From: Candidatus Omnitrophota bacterium
GTDB taxonomy: Bacteria > Omnitrophota > Gorgyraeia > Gygaellales > Profunditerraquicolaceae
Direction of reading: 5' to 3'
DNA: 64,000 nt
Assembly (NCBI GenBank): GCA_028712255.1
Contig: JAQTQJ010000004.1
Location: forward strand, 19,956 to 83,955
Part shown: positions 9,132-19,095 of the stretch, in pieces
Position numbering within the stretch: position 1 is the first letter of the stretch
Layout of the letters: each line of letters starts with the position of its first letter
The notes under the pieces: generated by a model
What the model was told of the DNA's origin: nothing
The model's database searches: none
The model's input: only the letters and a program-made list of their open reading frames with translations
Translations under genes and position numbers: made by a program

Positions 9132-9836
9132 TTATAAATACACCTTTTTAGCTATCTCTCTTGCGGTTTTCGTTTTAAAATTATTATTGATAATTTTCTC
9201 TAATTTATTCCTTTCCTTGATCTCGCTTAAATTCACCAATAAATCCGCATCAAGGATTAAGTTAAAATTCAAAGAATCAATTTTCCCGGGGGAATGATGA
9301 TACCTGATAATCTGGCAGATCTCTTCAATTTCATCTTTTTTAAACCCAAGCTTTAGCAGAATTTTTCTTGCTGCAAGCGGGCCCTCTTTTTCCTGCAAAT
9401 GCCCAGAATTTAAACCGTATTTCTGTTCGGCTATTTTAATTCCTACATCATGTAAGATTGCGCAAGGAACAACAATATTCCAATCCCCGCCTTCTTTGCG
9501 TAAAAGTTCTTCAGCATAATCGAGGACTTTTCTTGCATGATTTATCCGTTTTATATCAGTACCGAAATATTCCCTTAATTCTTCAAGTAATCTTTCTTTT
9601 AATAAAACTGACCTATTTTTCACATAATTACCATACACCTCTGCTCCGATACATTCCTTAGCAGACTTACACCAATCAACACAAGTAGGTAAAACCTCCC
9701 GGTATAGAATCTGACGACACTTAGGGCAATTTGCCTTAATTTCATCAGAAAATATTTCCGCCTCATATCCACAAAAGGAGCAAATAATAGGCTCTGGCGT
9801 TATCTTTCGTTTATCCTGCCCCGGACAGTTATTCAT
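9132..9836 (-). CDS. HD-domain phosphohydrolase with N-terminal zinc-ribbon
   Basis: CxxC...CxxC N-terminal ribbon, ILHDVG HD motif, RYHH; 234 aa. Confidence 0.6.
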   Translation of the reverse strand: MNNCPGQDKRKITPEPIICSFCGYEAEIFSDEIKANCPKCRQILYREVLPTCVDWCKSAKECIGAEVYGNYVKNRSVLLKERLLEELREYFGTDIKRINHARKVLDYAEELLRKEGGDWNIVVPCAILHDVGIKIAEQKYGLNSGHLQEKEGPLAARKILLKLGFKKDEIEEICQIIRYHHSPGKIDSLNFNLILDADLLVNLSEIKERNKLEKIINNNFKTKTAREIAKKVYL

Positions 9837-10453
9837 TTTATCTTTTCACCTTTAATACTAATGATAACCTTTTCAAATGGAATATCTTTCCCAGATAACC
9901 CAATAGCTTTTTCAATAACTGGTAACAACCCAAAACAACAAGGTACCTCCATATAAACGTAAGTTACGGACTTAATATTGTTCTGTGTAAATATCTGTTC
10001 TAATTTTTCTTGGTATAAAGATACATCATCAAGCTTGGGGCAACCTATCAATAAAATCTTACCTTTTAATAAATCCTCATGGAAGTTAGCATACGCAAAC
10101 GATACACAGTCAGCAGCAATCAAAATGTCTGCACCGTTAAAATACGGAGCATTTGTAGGCACAAGGCACAGCTGTATCGGCCATTGTTTCAAACCCAGTA
10201 AACCTGAGCTTAGTTTACCAATATTAACCCTAGCTTTATTCTCATTATATTGAACAGCTTCTCTTTCCTCGATACTAATTGCTCCTTGTGGACAATGGCC
10301 CAGGCAAGCACCCAGGCCGTCGCAGAACAAATCGCTGATTAGGCGCGCCTTATTATCGATAACCCTAATTGCCCCTTCCGGACAATTGGGTATGCACAGG
10401 CCGCATCCATTGCATTTGTTTTCATTAATTCTAATAATTTTCCTCTGCGCCAT
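9833..10453 (-). CDS. 4Fe-4S dicluster ferredoxin-domain protein
   Basis: CNGCGLCIPNCP and CDGLGACLGHCP motifs; 4-nt overlap with the HD gene. Confidence 0.65.
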   Translation of the reverse strand: MAQRKIIRINENKCNGCGLCIPNCPEGAIRVIDNKARLISDLFCDGLGACLGHCPQGAISIEEREAVQYNENKARVNIGKLSSGLLGLKQWPIQLCLVPTNAPYFNGADILIAADCVSFAYANFHEDLLKGKILLIGCPKLDDVSLYQEKLEQIFTQNNIKSVTYVYMEVPCCFGLLPVIEKAIGLSGKDIPFEKVIISIKGEKIK

Positions 10454-10462
10454 ATATTCTTT

Positions 10463-10855
10463 CTAGATTAAAGAGGCCACTGTAATCTTTTGAAGCTGCC
10501 TAAAAATATTATCTTCGATAAGATGTAGCTTTTTTCTTAAAACGCATTTTGGCCTGTTCGGACAAACGTTTTTTTTCAAGAAGCATCCGTCCCGGCCCAT
10601 TTGCCCCTGAAAAATACGCATTATCTTAATTATATGTATTTTTTTACAAGCAACCTTAAGCTTAAATCCTCCCTTTTGGCCTTTACAAGATTCCAAGATA
10701 CCTTCTTTACTTAATTGCTGAAGGATCTTGCGCATAAACGGCCGTGGAACATTGAGTTTCTTAACAAGTTCATCTACGGATACAACATCCTGATGCTTTA
10801 ACATATAGCAAAGCGCACGTAGTGCATAATCTGTATTCCTGGTAATAAGTTTCAT
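10463..10855 (-). CDS. Rrf2-family transcriptional regulator (NsrR/IscR-like, Cys-containing)
   Basis: TDYALRAL HTH signature at the N-terminus, three C-terminal-half Cys; sits upstream of ferredoxin-HD-hcp. Confidence 0.8.
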   Translation of the reverse strand: MKLITRNTDYALRALCYMLKHQDVVSVDELVKKLNVPRPFMRKILQQLSKEGILESCKGQKGGFKLKVACKKIHIIKIMRIFQGQMGRDGCFLKKNVCPNRPKCVLRKKLHLIEDNIFRQLQKITVASLI

Positions 10856-11002
10856 AAATACACTCTCCTATTAATTCTTTATAAAAACGGACGGGCAGTT
10901 TATCGTCTTGCCCAGGACAGCCTACTGCAACCCTCTTTACAATGTGCCACCGGCCTGAGCATATATTTAACCGTTACATCCATACTAATCACCCCCTTTG
11001 GA

Positions 11003-11039
11003 ATATATATAATGATACCATACTAGTATCATTTGTCAA
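11003..11039 (-). promoter_or_regulatory. Sigma70-like promoter (-35 TTGACA) with an overlapping 8-7-8 palindrome AATGATAC-CATACTA-GTATCATT (11011..11033); candidate Rrf2 operator for the rrf2-fdx-HD-hcp operon
   Basis: Minus-strand reading cTTGACAaatgatactagtatggtatcatTATATAt; perfect inverted repeat seen directly. Confidence 0.45.
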
Positions 11040-11057
11040 GAAAAAAATTAGTCACCC

Positions 11058-11090
11058 GTCATTCTGAAGCCACGGAGTGGCTGAAGAATC
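11058..11090. repeat. Family A palindromic element, partial copy (gtcattctgaagccacggagtggctgaagaatc)
   Basis: Shares the gtcattctga arm and gaagaatc module; downstream of the transporter gene stop. Confidence 0.5.
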
Positions 11091-11098
11091 TTAACAAA

Positions 11099-12367
11099 TT
11101 ACTTCCAGATAAACCAGATAAATAAATAAGCAGCGGTTACGGCAGCCAACGTAAAAGGAATCCCTATTTTCATGAAATCGCCAAATTTAACCGGGTAGCC
11201 CTCTTTTTTAAGCAAGCTACAGGCAACGATGTTAGCTGATGCTCCGATTGGTGTAATATTACCGCCCAGGCTTGCGCCGATAAGCAAACCAAAAAGAAAT
11301 AATGCAGGATTAACTTGTAATTTGCTAGCCATGATTATAGCCACCGGCAACATAGCTACCAGAAATGGAACATTATCAATAAATGCCGATAATATTACCG
11401 AAAGAAATACTATTGCCGTATAGCCAAGGAATATATTTGAACCGACAAGGCCAGCTAAATAATTAGCAAGAATCTGAATCCATCCAGTAAGCGAAACCGC
11501 TCCTACGATAACAAAGATCCCTATAAGAAAAAATGTAGTATCCCAATCAAGCCCCTTGAGCCCGGATATAATTGAAGTTTTGTTTATAAACTTCTCCCAA
11601 ATCAAAGCAATAATTCCAAAAACCATACAAATTAAACCCGCCATATAATTAAAATCCGTATCAAAAAATGAGGACAGCGCTAAGAAAACAATTAGGCTTA
11701 CCAATAAAATAGTCGGCACCCAAGATCTTACTTTTTCAACTGCAATAAGTTGCGTTTTTTCATTGTGTTTTCTGAATATAAAATAAAGCACAAAAAACGA
11801 AACCAAAGCCCCCAGCTCTACGGCAAAGAATATACTCGGCCTGCCTTTGTAAAGAAAGAAATCGCCGAAATTCATCTTGGCAAAACCCCCAAGTAACATA
11901 CTCGGTGGATCCCCGATTAAAGTGGCTGTTCCCTGGAGATTGCTTGAGACAGCAATCGCAATCATCATCTGGGTAGGATTTATTTTGAGTTTTTTGGCTA
12001 AAGCCAAGGCAATAGGAGCAACAATCAACACTGTCGCTACATTTTCTACAAAAGCAGAGATAAAACCGGTTAAAAAACAGATAAATAAAATTGCCCAGGT
12101 AGTATTTTTAGCTTTATCAACAATTATCTCAGCCATATAAGCAGGAACCCTGCTTTGCATAAAAACATCAGCAATAATCAAGGTACCTACGAAGATACCC
12201 ATAACATTCCAGTTAATTGCCAATAAAGCATCCTTTGGCGATATGGCCTGAGTTAGAATAAGCAACAGGCCTCCTCCCAAAGCAACCAATGTACGTTTGT
12301 GAGGAAGCACCACAAACAATATGTAGGAGATAATAAAAATTGATACTGATACGATTTTTGGGTTCAT
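11099..12367 (-). CDS. ArsB/NhaD-superfamily anion/cation permease (paralog 1)
   Basis: About 11 TM; SLGGNITPIGASANIV signature; 422 aa. Confidence 0.6.
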   Translation of the reverse strand: MNPKIVSVSIFIISYILFVVLPHKRTLVALGGGLLLILTQAISPKDALLAINWNVMGIFVGTLIIADVFMQSRVPAYMAEIIVDKAKNTTWAILFICFLTGFISAFVENVATVLIVAPIALALAKKLKINPTQMMIAIAVSSNLQGTATLIGDPPSMLLGGFAKMNFGDFFLYKGRPSIFFAVELGALVSFFVLYFIFRKHNEKTQLIAVEKVRSWVPTILLVSLIVFLALSSFFDTDFNYMAGLICMVFGIIALIWEKFINKTSIISGLKGLDWDTTFFLIGIFVIVGAVSLTGWIQILANYLAGLVGSNIFLGYTAIVFLSVILSAFIDNVPFLVAMLPVAIIMASKLQVNPALFLFGLLIGASLGGNITPIGASANIVACSLLKKEGYPVKFGDFMKIGIPFTLAAVTAAYLFIWFIWK

Positions 12368-12375
12368 GTTTCTTT

Positions 12376-12759
12376 CTAACTTAAACTAACAATAACTATC
12401 CCTACAACAATTAATCCTGTGCCCAGCCAACGCAGAAGGCTAAATTTTTCCTTTAAAATCAACCAGGAAGTAAAAGCAATAAAAATATAATGCATGCTGT
12501 CGGCAGAAAAAGCAAAATTAAGATCGGCCTTTGAAAGTACAAGCAACCAAATACATAAAGATATTACGCTAAAAATAAACCCTATCCAGAGACGGGGTTT
12601 AATCAACAAACGGAAAATAAACTTAAAAATCTTTATAATATTAAATGTAGGAGGAAAACTTAAGGAATCAATTGCAGATTTCAAGAATAGCTGGTTTACT
12701 GTATCGCAAAGGCTAGTTAAGGCAATTAAAGAAAGCACGACTAAAAGCCCTTGTCTCAT
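12376..12759 (-). CDS. EamA-like (DMT superfamily) 4-TM half-transporter
   Basis: 127 aa, four hydrophobic helices, paired with the adjacent similar gene. Confidence 0.45.
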   Translation of the reverse strand: MRQGLLVVLSLIALTSLCDTVNQLFLKSAIDSLSFPPTFNIIKIFKFIFRLLIKPRLWIGFIFSVISLCIWLLVLSKADLNFAFSADSMHYIFIAFTSWLILKEKFSLLRWLGTGLIVVGIVIVSLS

Positions 12760-13172
12760 TTGTTATGCACTATCCTTTCCTTACTGCTTAAAGAAACCAG
12801 AATAACCCCTCCCAGAATAAGCAAGATACCAATCCATCTAAAAAAAGTAACTTTCTCATGCAGAAAGATAATTGAGGCTATTGGAACAAGGATATAACTG
12901 AAACTGGCAACCGGTACTGCCACGCTTAAATCTATCCTGGTCAGAATCGTAGACCAAATAATGAACACCATAACTACTATAAATAATCCTACCCATAAAA
13001 ACCAGGAAAAGAAGATTGCTTTAAGAAAAATTAACGCGCTGGCTAAACCAGTTACCTCAAATCCGCTTTGAGTTAAGGCGCTTTTCTTAAAAAAGAAGTG
13101 TATTGAAGTCTCAAGAATATCACTGGCAATAAGTAATAATAATAATCTAAATGTGATTTTTTTCTTAAACAT
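12756..13172 (-). CDS. EamA-like (DMT superfamily) 4-TM half-transporter, partner subunit
   Basis: 138 aa, four TM, 4-nt overlap with partner. Confidence 0.45.
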   Translation of the reverse strand: MFKKKITFRLLLLLIASDILETSIHFFFKKSALTQSGFEVTGLASALIFLKAIFFSWFLWVGLFIVVMVFIIWSTILTRIDLSVAVPVASFSYILVPIASIIFLHEKVTFFRWIGILLILGGVILVSLSSKERIVHNK

Positions 13173-14346
13173 GTTTTTTTGTCCTGGCCTCTTTACCGCA
13201 ACTATCCGGTTTAAAAAACGGAATAAGCAGTTTAATCAAAAAATTAAATAAGGCATTTTTATGTTTTAGATATGCATAAAGAGGAATAAGATTACCGCCC
13301 AACCTGATCTTGGGCTCATAATCAGTCTGGCCTGGATAATAATAATGCAGTGAATTTTCTATACACCATTTAATGTTATACGCCCAGCTTACAAAATATA
13401 AATTGTAACGCTTAGATATATCATAGTCGAAGCCGATAAATTTATCAATGAGTAAATCTGAATAAACAAAACAGAGGTTAAAGGCGACTAATTTTCCTTC
13501 TACATAATAAAGAAAAAAACGGGTATGCGGATATAAATAGCGGCTGACTTGTAAAAAAAATCTACTGTTTAAATGTTCAAATTTAGTCAATCCTGCCTGG
13601 TATGTATTTTCATACAATGCAACCACCTGATCAATCTGGCCCTCTACATCCTGGACAACTTTCACCTCTATATTAGCCAGGCTATAAGCCTGTCTTAACT
13701 TTTTGTTTAGATTTTTACGGGTAGACCTACCCAGGCTTTTAAGATAATCTTCAAATGAAGAAAAATTGAGATTCAAAGATATTGCTGGAAAACTTTCTAT
13801 TTTAGAGTATTCATACCGGTTCAAGAAATCCAAAAACAAATTACTCTGTTTTAGAAAATCTTTAAAAATTACAAGCCTAGAGCCAGTTTTAGTAGTTAAA
13901 TCATTTAAACCATCCGATAATAACGTTATCAACTCAGGATAAACTTGGGCCTGATCCCTGATTCCCAAAACCCCATACTCTCCAAAAGGAGATCCACAAA
14001 AAATAGTCTTAAGAACCAAAAACCGCGGGAATACCTTACGGATAAATCGAATAATCTTGCAAGCCAGCCCTTCTACGGCAATATCTAGATTAAAATCAGT
14101 GTTAAACAATGGAGCAATGAGAACAATCTGGCCAGCGCGATAAATAATCAGATAATAAAATTTAAACTCTGAAAGCCCAGAATCTTCCAGTGTCTTATAA
14201 AAAGAATAACTTTCCGGGATATCACCAAAAACATCATCCCAGTCCTTCTTATCAATCTTGTCTATACTATCGAATATCTTATAATTAATCTTAGTAGGGG
14301 GCCGGAGCCATTGAGAGTTAGCTTGTATTTTTTCTTATTTTAACAT
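13165..14346 (-). CDS. FemAB-like / GNAT (Acetyltransf_6, PF04339-like) family protein; N-terminus unresolved, with an in-frame TAA three codons after the only upstream ATG
   Basis: The ORF track calls a TTG start at 14109, but the conserved N-terminal IFDSIDKIDKKDWDDVF motif lies upstream in the same frame; the frame reads ATG TTA AAA TAA GAA... Confidence 0.5.
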
Positions 14347-14384
14347 AAAATAGATAAATTGGATAATAGAAAAGGATTAAAATT

Positions 14385-15605
14385 TTGAGCCTCCTTAGAG
14401 AAATTCCGCCAACTGCAGGTTGGCCACTTACAATCAGAAGCCTAATATCCTCCTCTTTTAAAAAACATCCCAAAGGATTATTAGAGGAAGATTTTAAAAG
14501 GTGCCTTGGCGCATCAGATGCCCTGCTCACCTATTCAGGAACTGCTGCATTCTACCTAATCCTAGAAACTATAAAAAAAATTTCGAATAAGAAAACCGTA
14601 ATTATCCCGGCTTTTATCTGCCCGCTGATACCACTGGCGATAAAAAAAGCTGGCCTTAAAGTAAAAATTTGCGATACTAATGCATATAACTTTGACTTTG
14701 ATATAAATAAACTTAAAGATATCTGCAAAGAGAACGGTGATATTTTAGCTATTCTAGCCATACATTTAGGTGGTTTACCGATAGATTTTTATACGTTAAA
14801 AGAAATTGCCAAAGTTCAGAACGCTTTTATTATTGAAGATTGTGCGCAAAGCTTAGGTGCACAATATCATGATCAAAAAACAGGGACACTGGGAGAATTT
14901 GCATTTTTTAGCCTCTGCCGGGGAAAAGGCCTTTCTATTTATGAAGGCGGTATAGCCGTAACTAATCAACCTGAGTATATCCAGATTTTAAAGGAAACGG
15001 CCGTAGAGCTTATAAATCAGGATACCCCCTCTGAATGTTTGAAAATAACTGAACTTTTTGCTTACAGTATTTTTTACCGGCCAGAATTATTCTGGTTTGC
15101 ATTCAAACTGCCTCAGATATTCTGGCAAATACGTAATAAACCGATAAAGGCTATGGGTGAATATTTTGATTCTGATTTTCCTATTCATAAAGTTTCAGCT
15201 TTTAGAGAATATATCGGACATATTAATTTCCCCTATTTAGATGAAAAAATTAATCAGCAGCGGCAAAAAGTAGATATTTATTTAAAAGGGCTAGCTGATA
15301 TTTCCGCTATTAAACCCATTACCGAAGCACCACAAACTATAGCCAGCTACCCATACCTAGCCATTATTCTTAATGATAAGAAAAAAAGAGATTTGGCCAT
15401 GCAAACTTTTAGGAATTCTGGGCTAGGAATATCCCAAGTCTATTTGTACGCGATTACAGATTACGAATATCTAAGAGGTATTATTCCGGATGCAGATTGC
15501 CCGAATAGCCGCCTGCTGGCAGAAAGAATAGTAACCTTAAGTACAAGCAGCTTTTTAAAAGAATCTGACCTACAAAATATAATCAAGAAAATTAAAAAAA
15601 TCTAA
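14385..15605 (+). CDS. DegT/DnrJ/EryC1/StrS-family PLP-dependent sugar aminotransferase
   Basis: SGTAAF, EDCAQSLGA motifs; 406 aa. Confidence 0.7.
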   Translation: MSLLREIPPTAGWPLTIRSLISSSFKKHPKGLLEEDFKRCLGASDALLTYSGTAAFYLILETIKKISNKKTVIIPAFICPLIPLAIKKAGLKVKICDTNAYNFDFDINKLKDICKENGDILAILAIHLGGLPIDFYTLKEIAKVQNAFIIEDCAQSLGAQYHDQKTGTLGEFAFFSLCRGKGLSIYEGGIAVTNQPEYIQILKETAVELINQDTPSECLKITELFAYSIFYRPELFWFAFKLPQIFWQIRNKPIKAMGEYFDSDFPIHKVSAFREYIGHINFPYLDEKINQQRQKVDIYLKGLADISAIKPITEAPQTIASYPYLAIILNDKKKRDLAMQTFRNSGLGISQVYLYAITDYEYLRGIIPDADCPNSRLLAERIVTLSTSSFLKESDLQNIIKKIKKI

Positions 15606-15615
15606 AAAGGAAAAT

Positions 15616-16482
15616 ATGATAATTTTTTCACTGAAGGAAGATAAGCGCCCAATCACTGAGATACCCAATACCGGATTTTTTATGCCAGGAGATAAAAATC
15701 TAAGTTTCCTAATTCATGGGCTTACCGGTACAGCCAAAGAGATGGGTTCAATTGCTCAATACCTGAATAAAAATGGATTTTCCGTTGCCGCTCCCCTAAT
15801 GGCTAATCATGATAAATCTATTTCTCTCCTTAAGCGGACTTCTTGGCAAGAGTTTTATGAATCCGTAAGAAATGAATTTATTAAATACGCTAACGACTAT
15901 GAAAATATATTTGTAGCCGGGTTATCTTTCGGCGCTTTAATTGGAATCATGCTGGCTCATGAATTCCCTAAAAAAGTAAAAGCATTAAACTGCTTTTCTC
16001 CCACGCTCTTTTTTGACGGATGGGGTAACCCTAAATCTAGGTTTCTCCTCCCTTTGGTTTATAAAACTCTCCTTAAATACTGGCTTTATTTTAAAGAAGA
16101 ATACCCCTATGGAATAAAAAATGAGCGCTTGAGAAAAAAAATAGAAAGTTTTTATAAAGATGCGAAATTATTTGATTACAGTAAAGTGCACCTCTACGGG
16201 TATCCCGTAATCCCGGTTGCCTGCATGTATCAGAATTACCTACTCTCAAAAAAAGTAATATCAATACTCAAAGAGATAACTTCACCTATCCAATTAATGC
16301 AAGCCAGGGATGACGATGTGACCAGCCCCAAAAACTCTTATTATATCCTCGACCACATAAGTTCACAGGAAAAAGAGATAATCTTCCTTGAAGATTCTTA
16401 CCATATTATTACCGCAGATCAGGAAAGAGATAAAGTTGCGGAGAAAACTTTAGCTTTTTTTGAAAAATATAAAAAATTATAA
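15616..16482 (+). CDS. Alpha/beta-fold hydrolase (esterase-like)
   Basis: HGLTG oxyanion region, GLSFGA nucleophile elbow (GxSxG); 288 aa. Confidence 0.6.
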   Translation: MIIFSLKEDKRPITEIPNTGFFMPGDKNLSFLIHGLTGTAKEMGSIAQYLNKNGFSVAAPLMANHDKSISLLKRTSWQEFYESVRNEFIKYANDYENIFVAGLSFGALIGIMLAHEFPKKVKALNCFSPTLFFDGWGNPKSRFLLPLVYKTLLKYWLYFKEEYPYGIKNERLRKKIESFYKDAKLFDYSKVHLYGYPVIPVACMYQNYLLSKKVISILKEITSPIQLMQARDDDVTSPKNSYYILDHISSQEKEIIFLEDSYHIITADQERDKVAEKTLAFFEKYKKL

Positions 16483-16504
16483 TAGTTCGGCTTTTGTAAT
16501 TTAC

Positions 16505-16557
16505 CGACGAAGCAAACTCTTAAAAGATTGCTTCGTCGCTTCGCTCCTCGCAATGAC
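16505..16557. repeat. Family A palindromic element, partial copy (inner gacgaagcaa/ttgcttcgtc hairpin plus right arm gcttcgctcctcgcaatgac)
   Basis: Between convergent genes; lacks the left outer arm. Confidence 0.7.
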
Positions 16558-16589
16558 ACAGCTACTTCTAAGAAATTAACTATTATAGC

Positions 16590-17519
16590 TTAAACAAGCA
16601 TCTCTTTAAGAATTACTAGATTAGTCTGTTCATTCACTGAGAGGATCAGATCAAGAGAACAGTTATCGGCGGTAAATCCTTTAGGGTGGTCTAATTGGGA
16701 GATAGCTGCTTTGATTCTATCGGAAATCTTAATAGGAGAATAATCACCTACCACATCTAAACCAATTATATCCAAATTCTGACGCATCAGCTTAAGTATA
16801 GTTAGAAGTTGATCTAAATGTAAAAATCCTTCCTCCCAATTAGTAAGCGCATACTCTTTCCTAAGAGAATCTTTATCAATTGAAATATAAACTTTCTTTG
16901 TGGGAAGGCTTTTGATTAACTTCAAGGTAAAATCGGTTAAATCTTCTTTTTCCAGTTCCCGCCAGGAGATTTCATTGAAAAAGAGGCTTTTAGTGATGGT
17001 AATCGAATGGTTTTGCGGAAGGCGCCTTAAATAAACGCGGCTTGGGGTTTGCCTGTAAGGATAAATCTCCAAACGATTACCAACCAAAGCGCCAAGATTT
17101 GCCGTCTGCAATGCTGGAAAAGACAGATCAGAAGAACCTGCGCCGATAAGTATACATTTAGAAATATTTTTATTTTTTAACGCAGTAGCTATCCATGAAC
17201 CACAGGCAAAATGCGGCGGTAAAATATCCCAGTCCGGATGAAAATCAAAGACAATCAAAGAAAAAGGCTCGTTAATCTGGCTAGTTAATACCTCACTGAT
17301 ATGATGAAAATCGCCTGAGCCTAAAAAGGTAGGATATTTTTTTTCTGCTGGGTCAAGGAAATTAAAAATTTCCTTGCGTAAATCTTTTGACATATAAAGT
17401 CTGGCAGAAGAAGCCAGGCTGCTAAAATCAATAATCCCTGCAGGACAATAGCTGAGGAGTTTGGATTGGCTAATAATGCTGTTATCGAAATTCAAAACGC
17501 GGATGCGTTTATCCAGCAT
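16590..17519 (-). CDS. Arginase/deacetylase-fold (ureohydrolase superfamily) protein, divergent
   Basis: SGDFHHIS, DFHPD, SIDKDS and DVVGDY motifs in the order of the arginase-family metal ligands; 309 aa. Confidence 0.45.
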   Translation of the reverse strand: MLDKRIRVLNFDNSIISQSKLLSYCPAGIIDFSSLASSARLYMSKDLRKEIFNFLDPAEKKYPTFLGSGDFHHISEVLTSQINEPFSLIVFDFHPDWDILPPHFACGSWIATALKNKNISKCILIGAGSSDLSFPALQTANLGALVGNRLEIYPYRQTPSRVYLRRLPQNHSITITKSLFFNEISWRELEKEDLTDFTLKLIKSLPTKKVYISIDKDSLRKEYALTNWEEGFLHLDQLLTILKLMRQNLDIIGLDVVGDYSPIKISDRIKAAISQLDHPKGFTADNCSLDLILSVNEQTNLVILKEMLV

Positions 17520-17565
17520 GGTAGTATTTTTGTCAACAATTCAGTTACCAAAAGCTTCCTTTGGT

Positions 17566-17651
17566 GTCATTGCGAGTCCACCATTAATTTAGTGGCGGAC
17601 GAAGCAATCTTGCATTAGATTGCCGCGTCGCCTTCGGCTCCTCGCAATGAC
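17566..17651. repeat. Family A palindromic element, full copy (gtcattgcgag ... ccaccattaatttagtggcggacgaagcaatc ... ctcgcaatgac)
   Basis: Nested inverted repeats seen directly. Confidence 0.8.
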
Positions 17652-17685
17652 ACAAATATTTACAATAGCTTAACCATTACGATTC

Positions 17686-19095
17686 TTATGACTTCTTCAA
17701 CGCCCTATTCAATGCCTCTTCAAAAAGTTCCACACCTAAATCGATTTCATCTTCGGTAATATAAAAAGAGGGTGCAATAGTAAAAACATTCTTATAATAA
17801 CCGCCGACGTCCAAAATTAATCCCTGCTTTTTACCTCTAACGTTTAAGGACCCGCTTAATCCCAAATTTACAATCTTATCCGTAAGCTCCTTATTTGGAG
17901 TATAGCCATCCTTCTCGCATATTTCCATCCTCAAAGCTAAACCAATACCATCCACATCTGCAATTTGCGGATATTTCTTCTGCAGTTTCTTAAGTTGCGC
18001 AATAAAATACCTGCCCTTCTTAGGAATGGAAATAGCAAAATCCGATTCTTCGATTAACCTCATTACTTCAAGCCCTACGGCAGTCCCTAAAGGATTGGAT
18101 GAGAATGTGGAATGAGTCGACCCCGGAGGAAAAACATCGGGAGAAATAAGTTTTTCCTTGGCCCAGACTCCGCTTATGGGATTCAACCCATTGGTCAGAG
18201 CCTTGCCAAAAACAATTATATCTGGAGTAATGTTAAAATGCTCAATCGCCCAAAACTTCCCTGTGCGGAAAAATCCCATCTGTATTTCATCATCAACAAG
18301 AAGGATCCCGTAATGATCCAATATATTTTTTAATCCTGAATAATATTCCTGAGGAGGAACAATGTAGCCTCCCGTACCCTGGATGGGTTCAACATAAAAA
18401 GCAGCAAACTCACATTTGTTATTTTTTTTATTTACAACAGAATAATACTCCGTTTCAAAAAGCCTCTCGAATTGTTTCAGGCAATACATATCACAGAAAT
18501 CCCTTTTTTTATCATAAGGGCACCTGAAACAGTAAGGATAAGGCACAAACATCGCTCGATCTCCGAAATGGCCGAAACGCTCCCTGTATCTAAAACTTGA
18601 AGTAATCGCTGATGCAGCTAAGGTCCTGCCATGATAACCACCCATAAAAGCAAAAACCAGGCTGCGCCCGGTATGATTACGTACCAGCTTTAATGAATCT
18701 TCCAGGGCACTTGATCCGCCAACGTTAAAATGGATCCTGCCTTTTTCTTCAAAAGCACACTGGTTCTTCTGCGCTAATTTAGCGGCTAAACGAATCTTTT
18801 CTTCATGCAAATACTGACAGGCTAACTGAGGTAAAGTATCAATTTGTTTCTTTAATGTCTCATTCAAACGCTGATTTCTATAACCGAAATTGACTGCCGA
18901 ATACCACATCTGTAAATCCAAATACTGTGTACCCTCCTGGTCATAAAGGTAACTGCCTTCGGAACTCTTAAATATGTTTAGTTTTTCGGCATAATGCACC
19001 GTGTCCCCCCATGAACAATATTTTGATTCAAGATCAAGCAGGTCGTCATGGGATTTTTTATTTTTAGCTGTTTTTACCAATTGTTTCGGGCTCAT
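17686..19095 (-). CDS. Class-III (omega) PLP-dependent aminotransferase
   Basis: DEIQMGFFRTGKFWA and FGKAL (PLP lysine) motifs; 469 aa. Confidence 0.75.
   Translation of the reverse strand: MSPKQLVKTAKNKKSHDDLLDLESKYCSWGDTVHYAEKLNIFKSSEGSYLYDQEGTQYLDLQMWYSAVNFGYRNQRLNETLKKQIDTLPQLACQYLHEEKIRLAAKLAQKNQCAFEEKGRIHFNVGGSSALEDSLKLVRNHTGRSLVFAFMGGYHGRTLAASAITSSFRYRERFGHFGDRAMFVPYPYCFRCPYDKKRDFCDMYCLKQFERLFETEYYSVVNKKNNKCEFAAFYVEPIQGTGGYIVPPQEYYSGLKNILDHYGILLVDDEIQMGFFRTGKFWAIEHFNITPDIIVFGKALTNGLNPISGVWAKEKLISPDVFPPGSTHSTFSSNPLGTAVGLEVMRLIEESDFAISIPKKGRYFIAQLKKLQKKYPQIADVDGIGLALRMEICEKDGYTPNKELTDKIVNLGLSGSLNVRGKKQGLILDVGGYYKNVFTIAPSFYITEDEIDLGVELFEEALNRALKKS

Noticed and set aside
14318-14761. Minus-strand ORFs 14318..14530 and 14552..14761 overlapping the DegT aminotransferase start region
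   Set aside because: Both are antisense to or overlap the well-supported DegT gene and the FemAB-like 5-prime region; they have no motifs.
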